Source of the DNA: an uncultured Acidobacteriota bacterium
GTDB lineage: Bacteria; Acidobacteriota; Thermoanaerobaculia; Multivoradales; JAGPDF01
Reading direction: 5' to 3'
NCBI GenBank assembly: GCA_963700315.1
Contig: CAVOXC010000006.1
Coordinates: 58,546 to 122,545 of the forward strand
Length of the DNA stretch: 64,000 nucleotides
Part shown: piece after piece, positions 17,381-26,182 of the stretch
Position numbering within the stretch: position 1 is the first letter of the stretch
Layout of the letters: each line of letters opens with the position of its first letter
Notes under the pieces: model-generated
What the model saw: the letters and a program-made list of their open reading frames with translations, nothing else
Database searches by the model: none
Told to the model about the DNA's origin: nothing
Translations under genes and position numbers: made by a program

Positions 17381-20300
17381 CGACCGCCGTCCGGCTGGAA
17401 CGCCTCCGGTACGCCGGACGCGTCGCGGCCGCGCTCGCCCTCGCCGCCACGCTCGCCGCCGCGCCGATACGGTCGGAGGAGGGGTCTCACTACAGCCGCG
17501 CTTATCGCGCAGGGCGACTCGCCCACCTGGCCGGCAATCACCGCACCGCCGTGCTACTCCTCCTAGAAGCGATCGAGCGAAACGCCGTCGAGGGGGAGCC
17601 CTGGGTGCGCCTCTACGGCCGCAACCGCGCCCCCTACCTTCCCTACTTCTACCTCGGTGCGTCGCTCTTCGAGCTCGGGGAGTACGCTGCCGCCATTGCT
17701 GCGCTCGACGAGTCCGAGCGGCAGGGCGCGGTCCTGGACGCCGAGGAGGCCGTGCCGTTTCGCTCCTATCGCGGACGGCTCCGTTCGGAGATCCTCCCCG
17801 CCGTGCGCGAGGAGGCCCAGTTCGAGCTCGATGCAGCGCGACGCCTGCTGGCGGGGATCGACCACACCATCGCGAGCGGCCAGCCGGAAGATACCGGCGC
17901 CACCGAACGAGAACGTGCCCGGGAACAGCTCGCGAACGCGTCCGCCGCGCTCACGCGGCCGGAGGTGCAGGACGACCTGGCATCGCTCCAGGCGGCGCGC
18001 GAGACCTTGGCAAAGATCGATCTCGAGCTGACTTCGATCCTGGAGCTCGCCGAGCGCGGGCGCGTCGAGCTCGCGGTCGCGGAGCGCGATGTTCGACTCC
18101 GCGAGCTCCTGGCTACTCCGCACCCGCGCTGCGACCGTGACCACCTCGACGCGCTCGCTCGCCTCCTCGCCCAGGAACTGCCCCTCGCGCCCGAGCTCGA
18201 CGCGGAGGCCCACCTCGCGATGGCCAGAGGAAAGCTCGAATGCGAGGCCTTTGGCGAGGCCCGGCGGGAGCTCGACGCCATGACCCTGCGGCTGGCGCCG
18301 CCCGAGCTCCCTGCCGACCGAGCGACGAATCTCTTGGCCAGAGTAGGCCCGCTCTCCGAGGAGATCGCGCGGAGGGAGCTCGAGTCGAGCTGGCGCGCGT
18401 GGTTCGAGCGTGCCCAGGCGTCGGCCTGCGATCGGGAAGCGCTCGAGCGGCTCGAGCGCTCGGCCGAGGCGCTGCTCGCTCGGTTTCCGCAGAGGCTCGA
18501 CCGCTCGACGATCTCGCCTCGATTCGAGCTTGCGCGTCGGCTGTTCGCATGTGGCGACCTCGACGGCGCGGCGCTCCGGCTCGAGGCCGCCGCAGCGACC
18601 CAGGAGCGGAACGAGGTCGCGCGAGCGGCTCTCGCCGGCGAGATTCGCTCCGCGCTTGCGGCGCGAGCGCAGCAGGCACGACTCACCGAAGCCGCACGTC
18701 GGCTGCACGACGCGCTCCAGCGGCTCGCGTCAGCCCAGGAGTGCTCACCGGCCGACCGGACGAAGGCGACGGGCCTGCGCCAGGAGCTCGTCACGAGCGG
18801 GCTCGCCGGGGCCGAGGACCTCGCGCGGCTCGACCTCGCGCTCGCCCGGGCCGCACTCGGCTGCGGCGAGCTCGAGGAGGCGACGCGCCATCTCGTCGGC
18901 CTCTCGCGGCAACCCGCCGTCGCACCCGCCGAGAGCGCCGAGGTCGCGCGGCAGATCGCCGAGCGGCGCGCGGCCGAGGCAAGAGCCCTGGCCGAACGGG
19001 AGGCCGCAGGACGCTACGTCGCCGCGCTCGGCCTGGTCTCCGGCGGCGCCTGCTCACTCGAGGCCATCGCCCTCCTCGAGGACCTCGCCCGCGACGGCTG
19101 GACGGGACGAGCGGACGACCTGCCGCAACGTGTTCTCGTCGCGCTCGCTACCGCGCGGCTCACCTGCGGCGAGCTCGACCGCGCCGCGGAGACTCTCTCC
19201 AGCTCGGAGCTCGCCCTCTCCGCCCTGGAGGAAGAGATCGCGCAGATCCAGGCCCGATTGCAAGCCCGGCGGCTCGAAGCGCAAAGCGCGGCGCGCCGCG
19301 AACGTTTTGAGGCCTCGTTGCGAGAGCTCCTGGTGGGCGTGGCCGGCGAGGCCTGCCATCCGGAGGGCGTGCGGGCGCTCCAGCGAACGCTCGCCGAGGC
19401 GCCCGCGGAGCTCGACCCGATCGACGTCGCGACGGCGGCGGCTCAGGCCGAGTTGGCGCGCGCGCAGCTCGCCTGCGGCGACCTCGACGCCGCAGAGGCT
19501 TCGCTCGTCGCCGCCCGCGCCCACCATACCGGCAGGGCCGGCCCCCTCGCCGAGCTCGGCGCGCGGGTGGCCCGAGAGCGCGAGCGGCGACTCGAACGGG
19601 AGCACCGGGCGCGGCTGCTCGAGCGCTACGTCGACGCGACGACCTCGGTCGACCTCGGCCTGTGCGAGCGAGCGGCGGTCGAGACGCTCGAGGAGGTCGC
19701 CGACCTGCCGCCGGACGACCCACTTCCCGACTGGATTGCCGAGGCCTCGGGTCTGGAGCGGCGGCCGGAGCTCGATCTCGCGCGGGCGCAGGCGAGCTGC
19801 GGCGATGTCGCCGCGACTCGACGCGCGCTCGCGCGACTCGAGGTCCAAGGCGCCAGCGCGCCGGCCGAGGCGCGACGAGAGGTCGAGCGCCGGCTGGTTG
19901 ATCGCGCAGCGCACCGGCTCTACAGCGGCCGTTACGCCCTCCTCGTCGGCGCCAGCGACTACGCGCGAAATCGCGGCGGATGGTGGAATCTCGCCGGCGT
20001 GAGCGACGACCTCGAGACGATTCGATGCGCTCTCGTCGGCTCTGGCTTCGACGCTATCCGCACCGTCGCGCCGCCAGTGACGGCGAGCCGGATCCGCGCC
20101 GCCGTCGAGTCCTTCATCGCCGAGTTCGGCGGAGAGCGCGACGGTGAAGAACATCTGCTGCTCTTCTATTTCGCCGGACACGGCGAGACCTTGACCGGAC
20201 GCCTGGCGCGCGACGACGGCAGCTACGAGTTCAAGTCGGGCTACTTCGTGCCGGAGGACGCGCCGCGCCCCGACGGCACGGAGGCGATCCGCGATCGGTT

Positions 20301-20946
20301 CCTCGAACTCGCCGTCGGCATGGACGAGGTCGACCGGTGGGCTCGCTCGATCCGGGCGAAGCACGCCTTCTTCTTGTTCGACACCTGCTTCTCCGGTACG
20401 GTCTTCCGGGCGCTGGCGCGCGGGCGTGGGCTGCTGCGCGTCGAAGGCACCGAAGGGTCGGACTCGATTCTTCCCCCGCTCGTCCTTGCGCGCGCGGCCA
20501 AGCCGGTCCGGCTCTTCGCCACCGCCGGCGCGGAGGACCAGGTCGTGCCCGACGAGAGCGTCTTCCGCCGGCTCCTGGTCGCCGCGCTCGAAGGACGGCG
20601 CAACGACGCGGACTTCACCCGCGACGGCTTTCTCATGGGGCGCGAGATCTGCCTCTTCTTGGAGGACCAGGTCGCGATCGAGACCGACAGCCGGCAGACT
20701 CCGCAGTGCGGCACGATGCCCCCTCCCTTCCACGAAGGGGACGTGATCTTCGAGCTCCGCGGACTCGAGCGGGGCGTCGAGGAGGCGATGCGCGACCGGC
20801 TCCGAAAGGAGGTCGAGGTCTGGAGAGGGGCGCGCACCAAGCCGATCGGCCTCGACCTCTACCTGGAGCGCTACCCCGTGGGACGCTACGCGGGACTCGC
20901 GCGCTTCCTTGCAGACGACGACGCCGCGATTGCGGCCTCGAGGTGA
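17206..20946 (+). CDS. Exported Cys-repeat / caspase-like (peptidase C14) protein; true start unresolved
   Basis: C-terminal YALLVGASDY...LLLFYFAGHGE (His)...AFFLFDTCFSG (Cys) caspase dyad. Six ~100-aa helical repeats lie upstream. Signal-like RVAAALALAATLAAAPIRSEE is encoded just after the OMP stop, but there is no ATG/GTG/TTG in frame between 17206 and about 17548. Confidence 0.75.
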   Translation: MRRLLHLLPQGLLPGRRLRRDALLGRRRGEARPRRDRPRRRPIGPYRHDLAVDGREILTTAVRLERLRYAGRVAAALALAATLAAAPIRSEEGSHYSRAYRAGRLAHLAGNHRTAVLLLLEAIERNAVEGEPWVRLYGRNRAPYLPYFYLGASLFELGEYAAAIAALDESERQGAVLDAEEAVPFRSYRGRLRSEILPAVREEAQFELDAARRLLAGIDHTIASGQPEDTGATERERAREQLANASAALTRPEVQDDLASLQAARETLAKIDLELTSILELAERGRVELAVAERDVRLRELLATPHPRCDRDHLDALARLLAQELPLAPELDAEAHLAMARGKLECEAFGEARRELDAMTLRLAPPELPADRATNLLARVGPLSEEIARRELESSWRAWFERAQASACDREALERLERSAEALLARFPQRLDRSTISPRFELARRLFACGDLDGAALRLEAAAATQERNEVARAALAGEIRSALAARAQQARLTEAARRLHDALQRLASAQECSPADRTKATGLRQELVTSGLAGAEDLARLDLALARAALGCGELEEATRHLVGLSRQPAVAPAESAEVARQIAERRAAEARALAEREAAGRYVAALGLVSGGACSLEAIALLEDLARDGWTGRADDLPQRVLVALATARLTCGELDRAAETLSSSELALSALEEEIAQIQARLQARRLEAQSAARRERFEASLRELLVGVAGEACHPEGVRALQRTLAEAPAELDPIDVATAAAQAELARAQLACGDLDAAEASLVAARAHHTGRAGPLAELGARVARERERRLEREHRARLLERYVDATTSVDLGLCERAAVETLEEVADLPPDDPLPDWIAEASGLERRPELDLARAQASCGDVAATRRALARLEVQGASAPAEARREVERRLVDRAAHRLYSGRYALLVGASDYARNRGGWWNLAGVSDDLETIRCALVGSGFDAIRTVAPPVTASRIRAAVESFIAEFGGERDGEEHLLLFYFAGHGETLTGRLARDDGSYEFKSGYFVPEDAPRPDGTEAIRDRFLELAVGMDEVDRWARSIRAKHAFFLFDTCFSGTVFRALARGRGLLRVEGTEGSDSILPPLVLARAAKPVRLFATAGAEDQVVPDESVFRRLLVAALEGRRNDADFTRDGFLMGREICLFLEDQVAIETDSRQTPQCGTMPPPFHEGDVIFELRGLERGVEEAMRDRLRKEVEVWRGARTKPIGLDLYLERYPVGRYAGLARFLADDDAAIAASR

Positions 20947-20958
20947 CGCCGCGCGCCG

Positions 20959-21729
20959 CTAACGGGGAACGTGCTGGAAGTGGAGCCGGTAGATCGCCAC
21001 GCCCCCTGCGTCGAGCTCCACCACCACGCCCTCGCGGCCGGCGACGCGAATCAGGCCGCGATTGCCCAGGCCGAAGCCGCCAGGAACCGAGGGCGCGACC
21101 GTGCCGGTGAGCGCGGGTTCCGCTCGGGCTCGTCGGTGGGACGGCGCAATCCCGCCTTTCGCCGGCACGTCGCGCGGGGCCTCGGTAGCCGCGGGCGCCA
21201 CGGCCGCGGGTTCCGAAACCGGCTTCTCGAGCTCGGCCCCGAGCGCCGCCCCTCCAGGTGAGGCCCGCACCTCGCGCAGGCGCGCCGCAACGAGCGCATC
21301 GACCTCGGCGATCGGACCCGCCGAGGCTACGAAGTAGAGATTCTCCTCCCCGACCGCGTCGTCGAGCACGAACCAGGAACCGGTCGCCGGCAATCGGAGT
21401 GAGTAGCCCGCCTGCAGAATCAGATCGCCCTCCTCAGGATGGAGCACGGCCGCCGCGCCGTCCGCAAAGAACTGCAACAGATAGAGGTAGACGTCGCGGT
21501 CGGCTGCGGCGAGCACATGGATCCGCTCGCCGCTCCTGAGGCGATCTCCGGCGGCGACGACTTCGAGGTGGCCGTTGCGCTCGACCTCGACGCGCACGGT
21601 GAGCTGCGCCGGCGCGACGGGGGGAAGCGCCGGAGGCTCGGCGCCAGCCGCCAGGGCGGCCGACAGGGTCGCCGCCAGGAAAGCCCACGGCGCGTACCGA
21701 TGAAGCGCCGATCGTCGCTCCAGATTCAT
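20959..21729 (-). CDS. Secreted DUF4384-like protein
   Basis: ATG at 21729. Signal YAPWAFLAATLSAALAAGA. GERIHVLAAADRDVYLYLLQFFADGAAAVLHPEEGDLILQAGYSLRLP...ENLYFVAS fits the DUF4384 pattern. ATGA overlap with the kinase stop. Confidence 0.6.
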   Translation of the reverse strand: MNLERRSALHRYAPWAFLAATLSAALAAGAEPPALPPVAPAQLTVRVEVERNGHLEVVAAGDRLRSGERIHVLAAADRDVYLYLLQFFADGAAAVLHPEEGDLILQAGYSLRLPATGSWFVLDDAVGEENLYFVASAGPIAEVDALVAARLREVRASPGGAALGAELEKPVSEPAAVAPAATEAPRDVPAKGGIAPSHRRARAEPALTGTVAPSVPGGFGLGNRGLIRVAGREGVVVELDAGGVAIYRLHFQHVPR

Positions 21730-23750
21730 TCGGCCCTCTCCTCCGCGCCGCGCGCGCAGCGGAAGCCGATCTGCGTGCTCGGCTCCTCCGCCGCGCGCCG
21801 ACCGCGACCCGCAGCGCGCGTCATCTCCGCCAATCCCTCCCAGTTGCCGCCGCGCACGACACGCGGGCCCTGCCCCTCCACGAACGGGTCCACGCAGGGC
21901 GGCGAGCACTCGGGATAGGGAGCCGCGAAGGCGTCAGCGACCCACTCCGACACATTGCCTCCGAGGTGCAGCACACCCTCCGGAGAGGCATCCCCGGTCG
22001 CCGCAAGAACGCCCACCGGCATCGCGTCCAGGTGGGAGCAGGGGCCACCCTTTCCCCTGCCGAAGACGGCCCAGGCGCAGTCGGGCCGCTCCGCGCCCCA
22101 GGGAAAGGCGCGCCCCTCGACGCCGCGTGCCGCCCGTTCCCATTCGGTCTCGGTCGGCAAGCGGCGCCCGCGTGCGCGACAGTACGCCGCCGCCCCGAAC
22201 CAAGTCACCTGAACGGCCGGTAGGTCACCCCAGCCGTCGCGGGCGCGGAACGCTCCGTCGAGTTGTTCGACGCCGCTCCAGCCGCGATGCAGGTCGACGA
22301 GAACCCGTCCCCCAGAAAGCACGCGCTCCTCGACGACCTCGGCCGCCGGCACCGCAGCGAGCCATGCGGCGAGCTCACCATTGGAGACCTCGGCGCGGTC
22401 CAGGTAGAACGCACCGACCCGCACTGCGTGCCGGGGTCGCTCGCGCTCGTAGAGCTCGCGGCGGCACTCCGTTCCCGCGAGCTCCTGGCACCAGGAGAAC
22501 GCCTGCTCGATCTCGTCGAGGCTGCTTCCGATCGAGAGGTCCGCGGTCTCGAGGGAGACCATGCCGTCCGGAGGCGCCGACGCGCCGCCGTCGGCGCGCT
22601 CGCCCGCCGCTTGCGGGGACCACGCTCCGTGCCAGAGCCAGAGCGCCGAGCCGAGAGCGACCACCAAGGCGACCGCCCAGCCGGAGGTTTTCCACCGGCC
22701 CCCGAGCCACGATTCCAGAGTGCCGTACGTTCCCCGCCTCGGTTCCGAGCCCCCCTCCTCGACCGCCAATTCGGAGGGCGCCATGGCGGTCGCGTCGGCC
22801 GCGTCGAGGCGAGCGGTGGGCTCGACGTCGCCTTTGGCGCCAGCGACCGTTTCGGTGCGGTCGAGCTCGCACAACATTTCGCTCGCGTCCCCGAAGCGCT
22901 CTTCGGGACTCCTCGCAAGCGCACGGGCGATCAGGCGGTCGAGCCAATCGGGAGTCGCGGGAGCTCGCTCGCGCGGGTGGCGCTCGACGTCGCCGCGGAC
23001 GATCCGGGCAATCACTTCGGTGGTGGAGCCACCACGCGCTGGTGGGGTGCCGGTGAGCAGGTAGTAGAGCGTGGCACCCAGCGAGTAGACATCCGAGCGC
23101 GCGTCGACCGAGCGGAAATCGAGAAGCTGCTCCGCGCTCGCGAAGTTGACCGTGCCGATGAACTCGCCCGATTTCGTCAAGTCGTTCGGGCGGTCGAGCG
23201 CCTTGGCGAGGCCAAAGTCGAGGATCTTGAGTCGCGCCGGCGTTCCGGATCCGACGAGGAAGAGATTCTCCGGCTTGATGTCGCGATGCACGACGCTCTG
23301 CGCGTGCGCCGCGCCGAGCGCTTCCAGGGACTGCCGCGCAATCGCCAGGACCTCGGGGATTCCGAGCCGATCTCCCGAGCGATGCAGCCGCTCCTGAACG
23401 GTCTCGCCCCGCAGGAGCTCCATGACCAGGAAGGGATCGCCGTCCGGATTGGCGCCGAAGTCGGTCACGGCAACGATGCCGGGGTGCTCGAGGCTGGCCG
23501 CGACTCTCGCCTCGCGCACGAAGCGCTCCGCGACGCCCGGCTGACGCGAATGGGGGGCGAGCAGGAGCTTGAGAGCGAACGAGCGCTCGAGCTCGAGGTG
23601 GACGGCGTGGAATACCGCGCCGAAGCCTCCGACACCGAGAAGCTGGTCCAGGCGGTACCTTCCCGCCACGATCGATCCCACTCGACGGGCCGGACAGTCC
23701 GGCGAGCCCAGCGAGTGATCGAGGCCGCAGCGGCCGCACTGCGCGTCCAT
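21726..23750 (-). CDS. Ser/Thr protein kinase - TM - FGE-sulfatase (SUMF1-like) domain fusion
   Basis: ATG at 23750. GVGGFGAVF, ALKLL, HRDIKPENLFL, DFGLAK. One hydrophobic segment, WAVALVVALGSALWLW. Then RLPTETEWERAARG...FPWG...GNVSEWVAD...RVVRGGNWE...IGFRCA. Confidence 0.85.
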   Translation of the reverse strand: MDAQCGRCGLDHSLGSPDCPARRVGSIVAGRYRLDQLLGVGGFGAVFHAVHLELERSFALKLLLAPHSRQPGVAERFVREARVAASLEHPGIVAVTDFGANPDGDPFLVMELLRGETVQERLHRSGDRLGIPEVLAIARQSLEALGAAHAQSVVHRDIKPENLFLVGSGTPARLKILDFGLAKALDRPNDLTKSGEFIGTVNFASAEQLLDFRSVDARSDVYSLGATLYYLLTGTPPARGGSTTEVIARIVRGDVERHPRERAPATPDWLDRLIARALARSPEERFGDASEMLCELDRTETVAGAKGDVEPTARLDAADATAMAPSELAVEEGGSEPRRGTYGTLESWLGGRWKTSGWAVALVVALGSALWLWHGAWSPQAAGERADGGASAPPDGMVSLETADLSIGSSLDEIEQAFSWCQELAGTECRRELYERERPRHAVRVGAFYLDRAEVSNGELAAWLAAVPAAEVVEERVLSGGRVLVDLHRGWSGVEQLDGAFRARDGWGDLPAVQVTWFGAAAYCRARGRRLPTETEWERAARGVEGRAFPWGAERPDCAWAVFGRGKGGPCSHLDAMPVGVLAATGDASPEGVLHLGGNVSEWVADAFAAPYPECSPPCVDPFVEGQGPRVVRGGNWEGLAEMTRAAGRGRRAAEEPSTQIGFRCARGAEERAE

Positions 23751-23886
23751 GATGGTCCATCTTAAAGCCGACCGACCGCCCTCAGCCGCCCGGGACTCGG
23801 AGGAGTAAACTGTCGGCAGGTCTAGGCCGGTCCGGGCGCTGTCCGGAATGGGTCCGGCGCCAGGCGCCTCCCGGCAGGGAGTGCTC

Positions 23887-24732
23887 ATGAGGAATGTATC
23901 CGCACGCGTCGCGCTGGCGCTGTTCGGCCTCCTACTTCTACCTTCCGCGTCTGCCGCTGCCACCTGGCACCGCCCCAACGAGAGCTTGACCGGGGCCGAG
24001 ACGGGGGACTTCAAGTTCCAGTCGCTCGCCTACTTCGTCGCAGCGGGCGGCCACTACGTCGTCACCAGCGCCCAGTACTACGACGGATTCCTGGTCGTCT
24101 ACGGCGGCGGATTCGATCCAGCGGCGCCGCTCGCGCTCGCGCTCGCGGCGAACGACGATGGTCCTGGAGGGCCGGGGACATCGCGGCTCGAGCTCGACCT
24201 CGTGCCGGGGGTGATCTACCACTTCGTCATGACCACGAAGAACCCGATCGACATCGACGTCTTCGAGCTCAACACCTTCTCGCTCGAGATCAGCGGGCCG
24301 GGCGAGCCGACGCTCGCCGCCTGCTTCTACGGCGACGAGGTTCCGTTCGCCGACCTCGTGCCGCTCCAGGACCTGGGCCTCGGCGACGTCGAGGGATCGC
24401 GCGGCCGCTTCTGCGTCACGGCGCGCTGGTGGGATTTCCAGGGCGGCTCGGGCTACGGGCGGCCGATCGGCTTCCGCTCGGCCGACTCGGGGATCTTCGA
24501 GTTCTTCGGGACGTCGAACTGGGAGCTCACGGTCAAGGTGCTCGACGGCTGCGGGGTCAACGAGCACTACTGGGTCTTCCTGACCGGCGCGACCAACCTC
24601 CACTACGAGGTGACGATCTACGACCTCGCCGCGGGCGAGGAGCGCAGCTACCAGAACAGCGCCGGCGTCCCGAGCCCCGCGTTCGTCGACACCGAGGCGT
24701 TCGAGACCTGCGACGCGTACTGGCCGAACTGA
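23887..24732 (+). CDS. Secreted hypothetical protein
   Basis: MRNVSARVALALFGLLLLPSASA signal. C-terminal RFCVTARWWDFQGGSGYG...SGIFEFFGTSNWELTVKVLDGCGVNEHYWVFLTGATNLHYEVTIYD region of unknown family. Confidence 0.5.
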   Translation: MRNVSARVALALFGLLLLPSASAAATWHRPNESLTGAETGDFKFQSLAYFVAAGGHYVVTSAQYYDGFLVVYGGGFDPAAPLALALAANDDGPGGPGTSRLELDLVPGVIYHFVMTTKNPIDIDVFELNTFSLEISGPGEPTLAACFYGDEVPFADLVPLQDLGLGDVEGSRGRFCVTARWWDFQGGSGYGRPIGFRSADSGIFEFFGTSNWELTVKVLDGCGVNEHYWVFLTGATNLHYEVTIYDLAAGEERSYQNSAGVPSPAFVDTEAFETCDAYWPN

Positions 24733-24854
24733 GGAAGGACGAGGAAGATCGGGGGTCGAAGTCGCGGCGCCGCGCCAGCCGCTATCGTGGCGCTGCGTCC
24801 TGCCTGCCGAGGCCTGCTCGATTCGCCGCCCGCCTGCGCCTCGTTGGTCTCCAA

Positions 24855-25060
24855 TGTCGTCCTGAGCGCAGCGAAGGACCTTGCGTGATCGGCGGGAAGC
24901 CACCGTCCTCGCTTCTTCAGGCGAGGGCGCAAGATCCTCCACTTCGTTCAGGATGACATCGGGGAGAGGGTTCAAGATGACATGGGAGAGGGGGTTCGAG
25001 ATGACCTCGGAGAGAAGCTTCGAGGTGACATCGGGGGCGTTCGGGATGACATCGAGAATG
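24855..25060. repeat. Composite palindromic repeat, copy 3
   Basis: Core at 24856-24957, identical in layout to copies 1 and 2, followed by four or five ~24-nt right-hand tandem units (ATCGGGGAGAGGGTTCAAGATGAC...). Confidence 0.85.
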
Positions 25061-25282
25061 CTCCGTCGGCCCCGCCGGTAGCCTCGGCGCGGCCTGCCGC
25101 GTCGGCATCGGCGCTGCGCCGTTCGACGGGCATCTCCGGCGACCTGGTCTCCCCCTAACTGCCCGCCTCCGCCGCCGTCGGACCCCGCGCCAGAGGAGCC
25201 TTCGCCCCTGGCCCAGAGCCAGCGACCGGCCTCCGCTCGACGTATCGGTCTCGAGTCCTTCGCGACCCTTCGGCTGTGGCCC

Positions 25283-25379
25283 GCTCACCGCGCAGGTCCT
25301 GGCCGTCGCCCGCGGCGAGGTCGAGGCCGCCGCGCTCGCGATCTGGCTGCGGCAGCGGCTGCGTGCGCTCGAGCCCTGA
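25283..25379 (+). pseudogene. Orphan 3' remnant of a doc paralogue
   Basis: [31 protein letters not shown] is nearly identical, at nucleotide level too, to the end of doc (15655-15750). There is no upstream Fic motif. Confidence 0.7.
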
Positions 25380-25392
25380 GACGACTCTCGAT

Positions 25393-26182
25393 TCAGCGCG
25401 TCGCTGCGGCGAGCTCGCGGGCCTTCTCGACGAACGCCTTGCGGCTGCGGCAGCCGCCGGCGGCGGTGACCAGGGCGCTGCCGACGACGACGCCGTCGGC
25501 GACCTTGGCGACTTCGCGCACCTGCTCCGGAGTCGAGACGCCGAAGCCGACGGCGATGGGGAGCGCGAGCTTGCGCCGCAGCGCGCGCACCTCGCGCTTC
25601 AGATCCTGGCGCACGCTCGCGCGCGCTCCGGTCACACCCGCGCGGCTGACGTAGTAGACGAAGCCGGAGCCCGCATGGGCGACCCGCCGGATCCGCTCCT
25701 TGGTGCTGGTCGGGGCGAGCAGGAAGATCGGGTCGAGACCGCTCGCCGCCGAGCGCGTCGAGATAGGCGCCCGCGGCCTCTTCCGGCGGCAGGTCGACGC
25801 ACAGCACGCCGTCGACGCCGCACTCGGCGGCGTGCTCGGCGAAGCGCTCGACGCCATAGGCCAGGATCGGGTTGCAGTAGCTGAACAGGACGATCGGCGT
25901 CGCGATGCCGCGGCCGCGCAGCCGGGCGATGAGCTCGAAGATCTTCTCGAGCGTCACGCCCTCGGCGAGCGCCCGCTGCGCCGCGGCCTGGATCGTCGGT
26001 CCGTCGGCGATCGGGTCGCTGAACGGCACGCCGACCTCGATCAGGTCGGCCCCCGCCTCGTCGAGCGCGGCGAAGAGCTCCTCGCTCGCCGCGAGCGACG
26101 GGTCGCCGGCGACCAGGAAGGGCACGAACGCCGCGCGCTTCTCGACGCGGCAGAGCTCGAAGACCTCGGCGATCGCGCTCAT
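25393..26182 (-). CDS. trpA: Tryptophan synthase alpha chain (apparent single frameshift near 25740)
   Basis: N-terminal part [28 protein letters not shown]...[15 protein letters not shown] in one frame; C-terminal part [12 protein letters not shown]...[13 protein letters not shown]...AVGFGVS in another. Confidence 0.8.
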
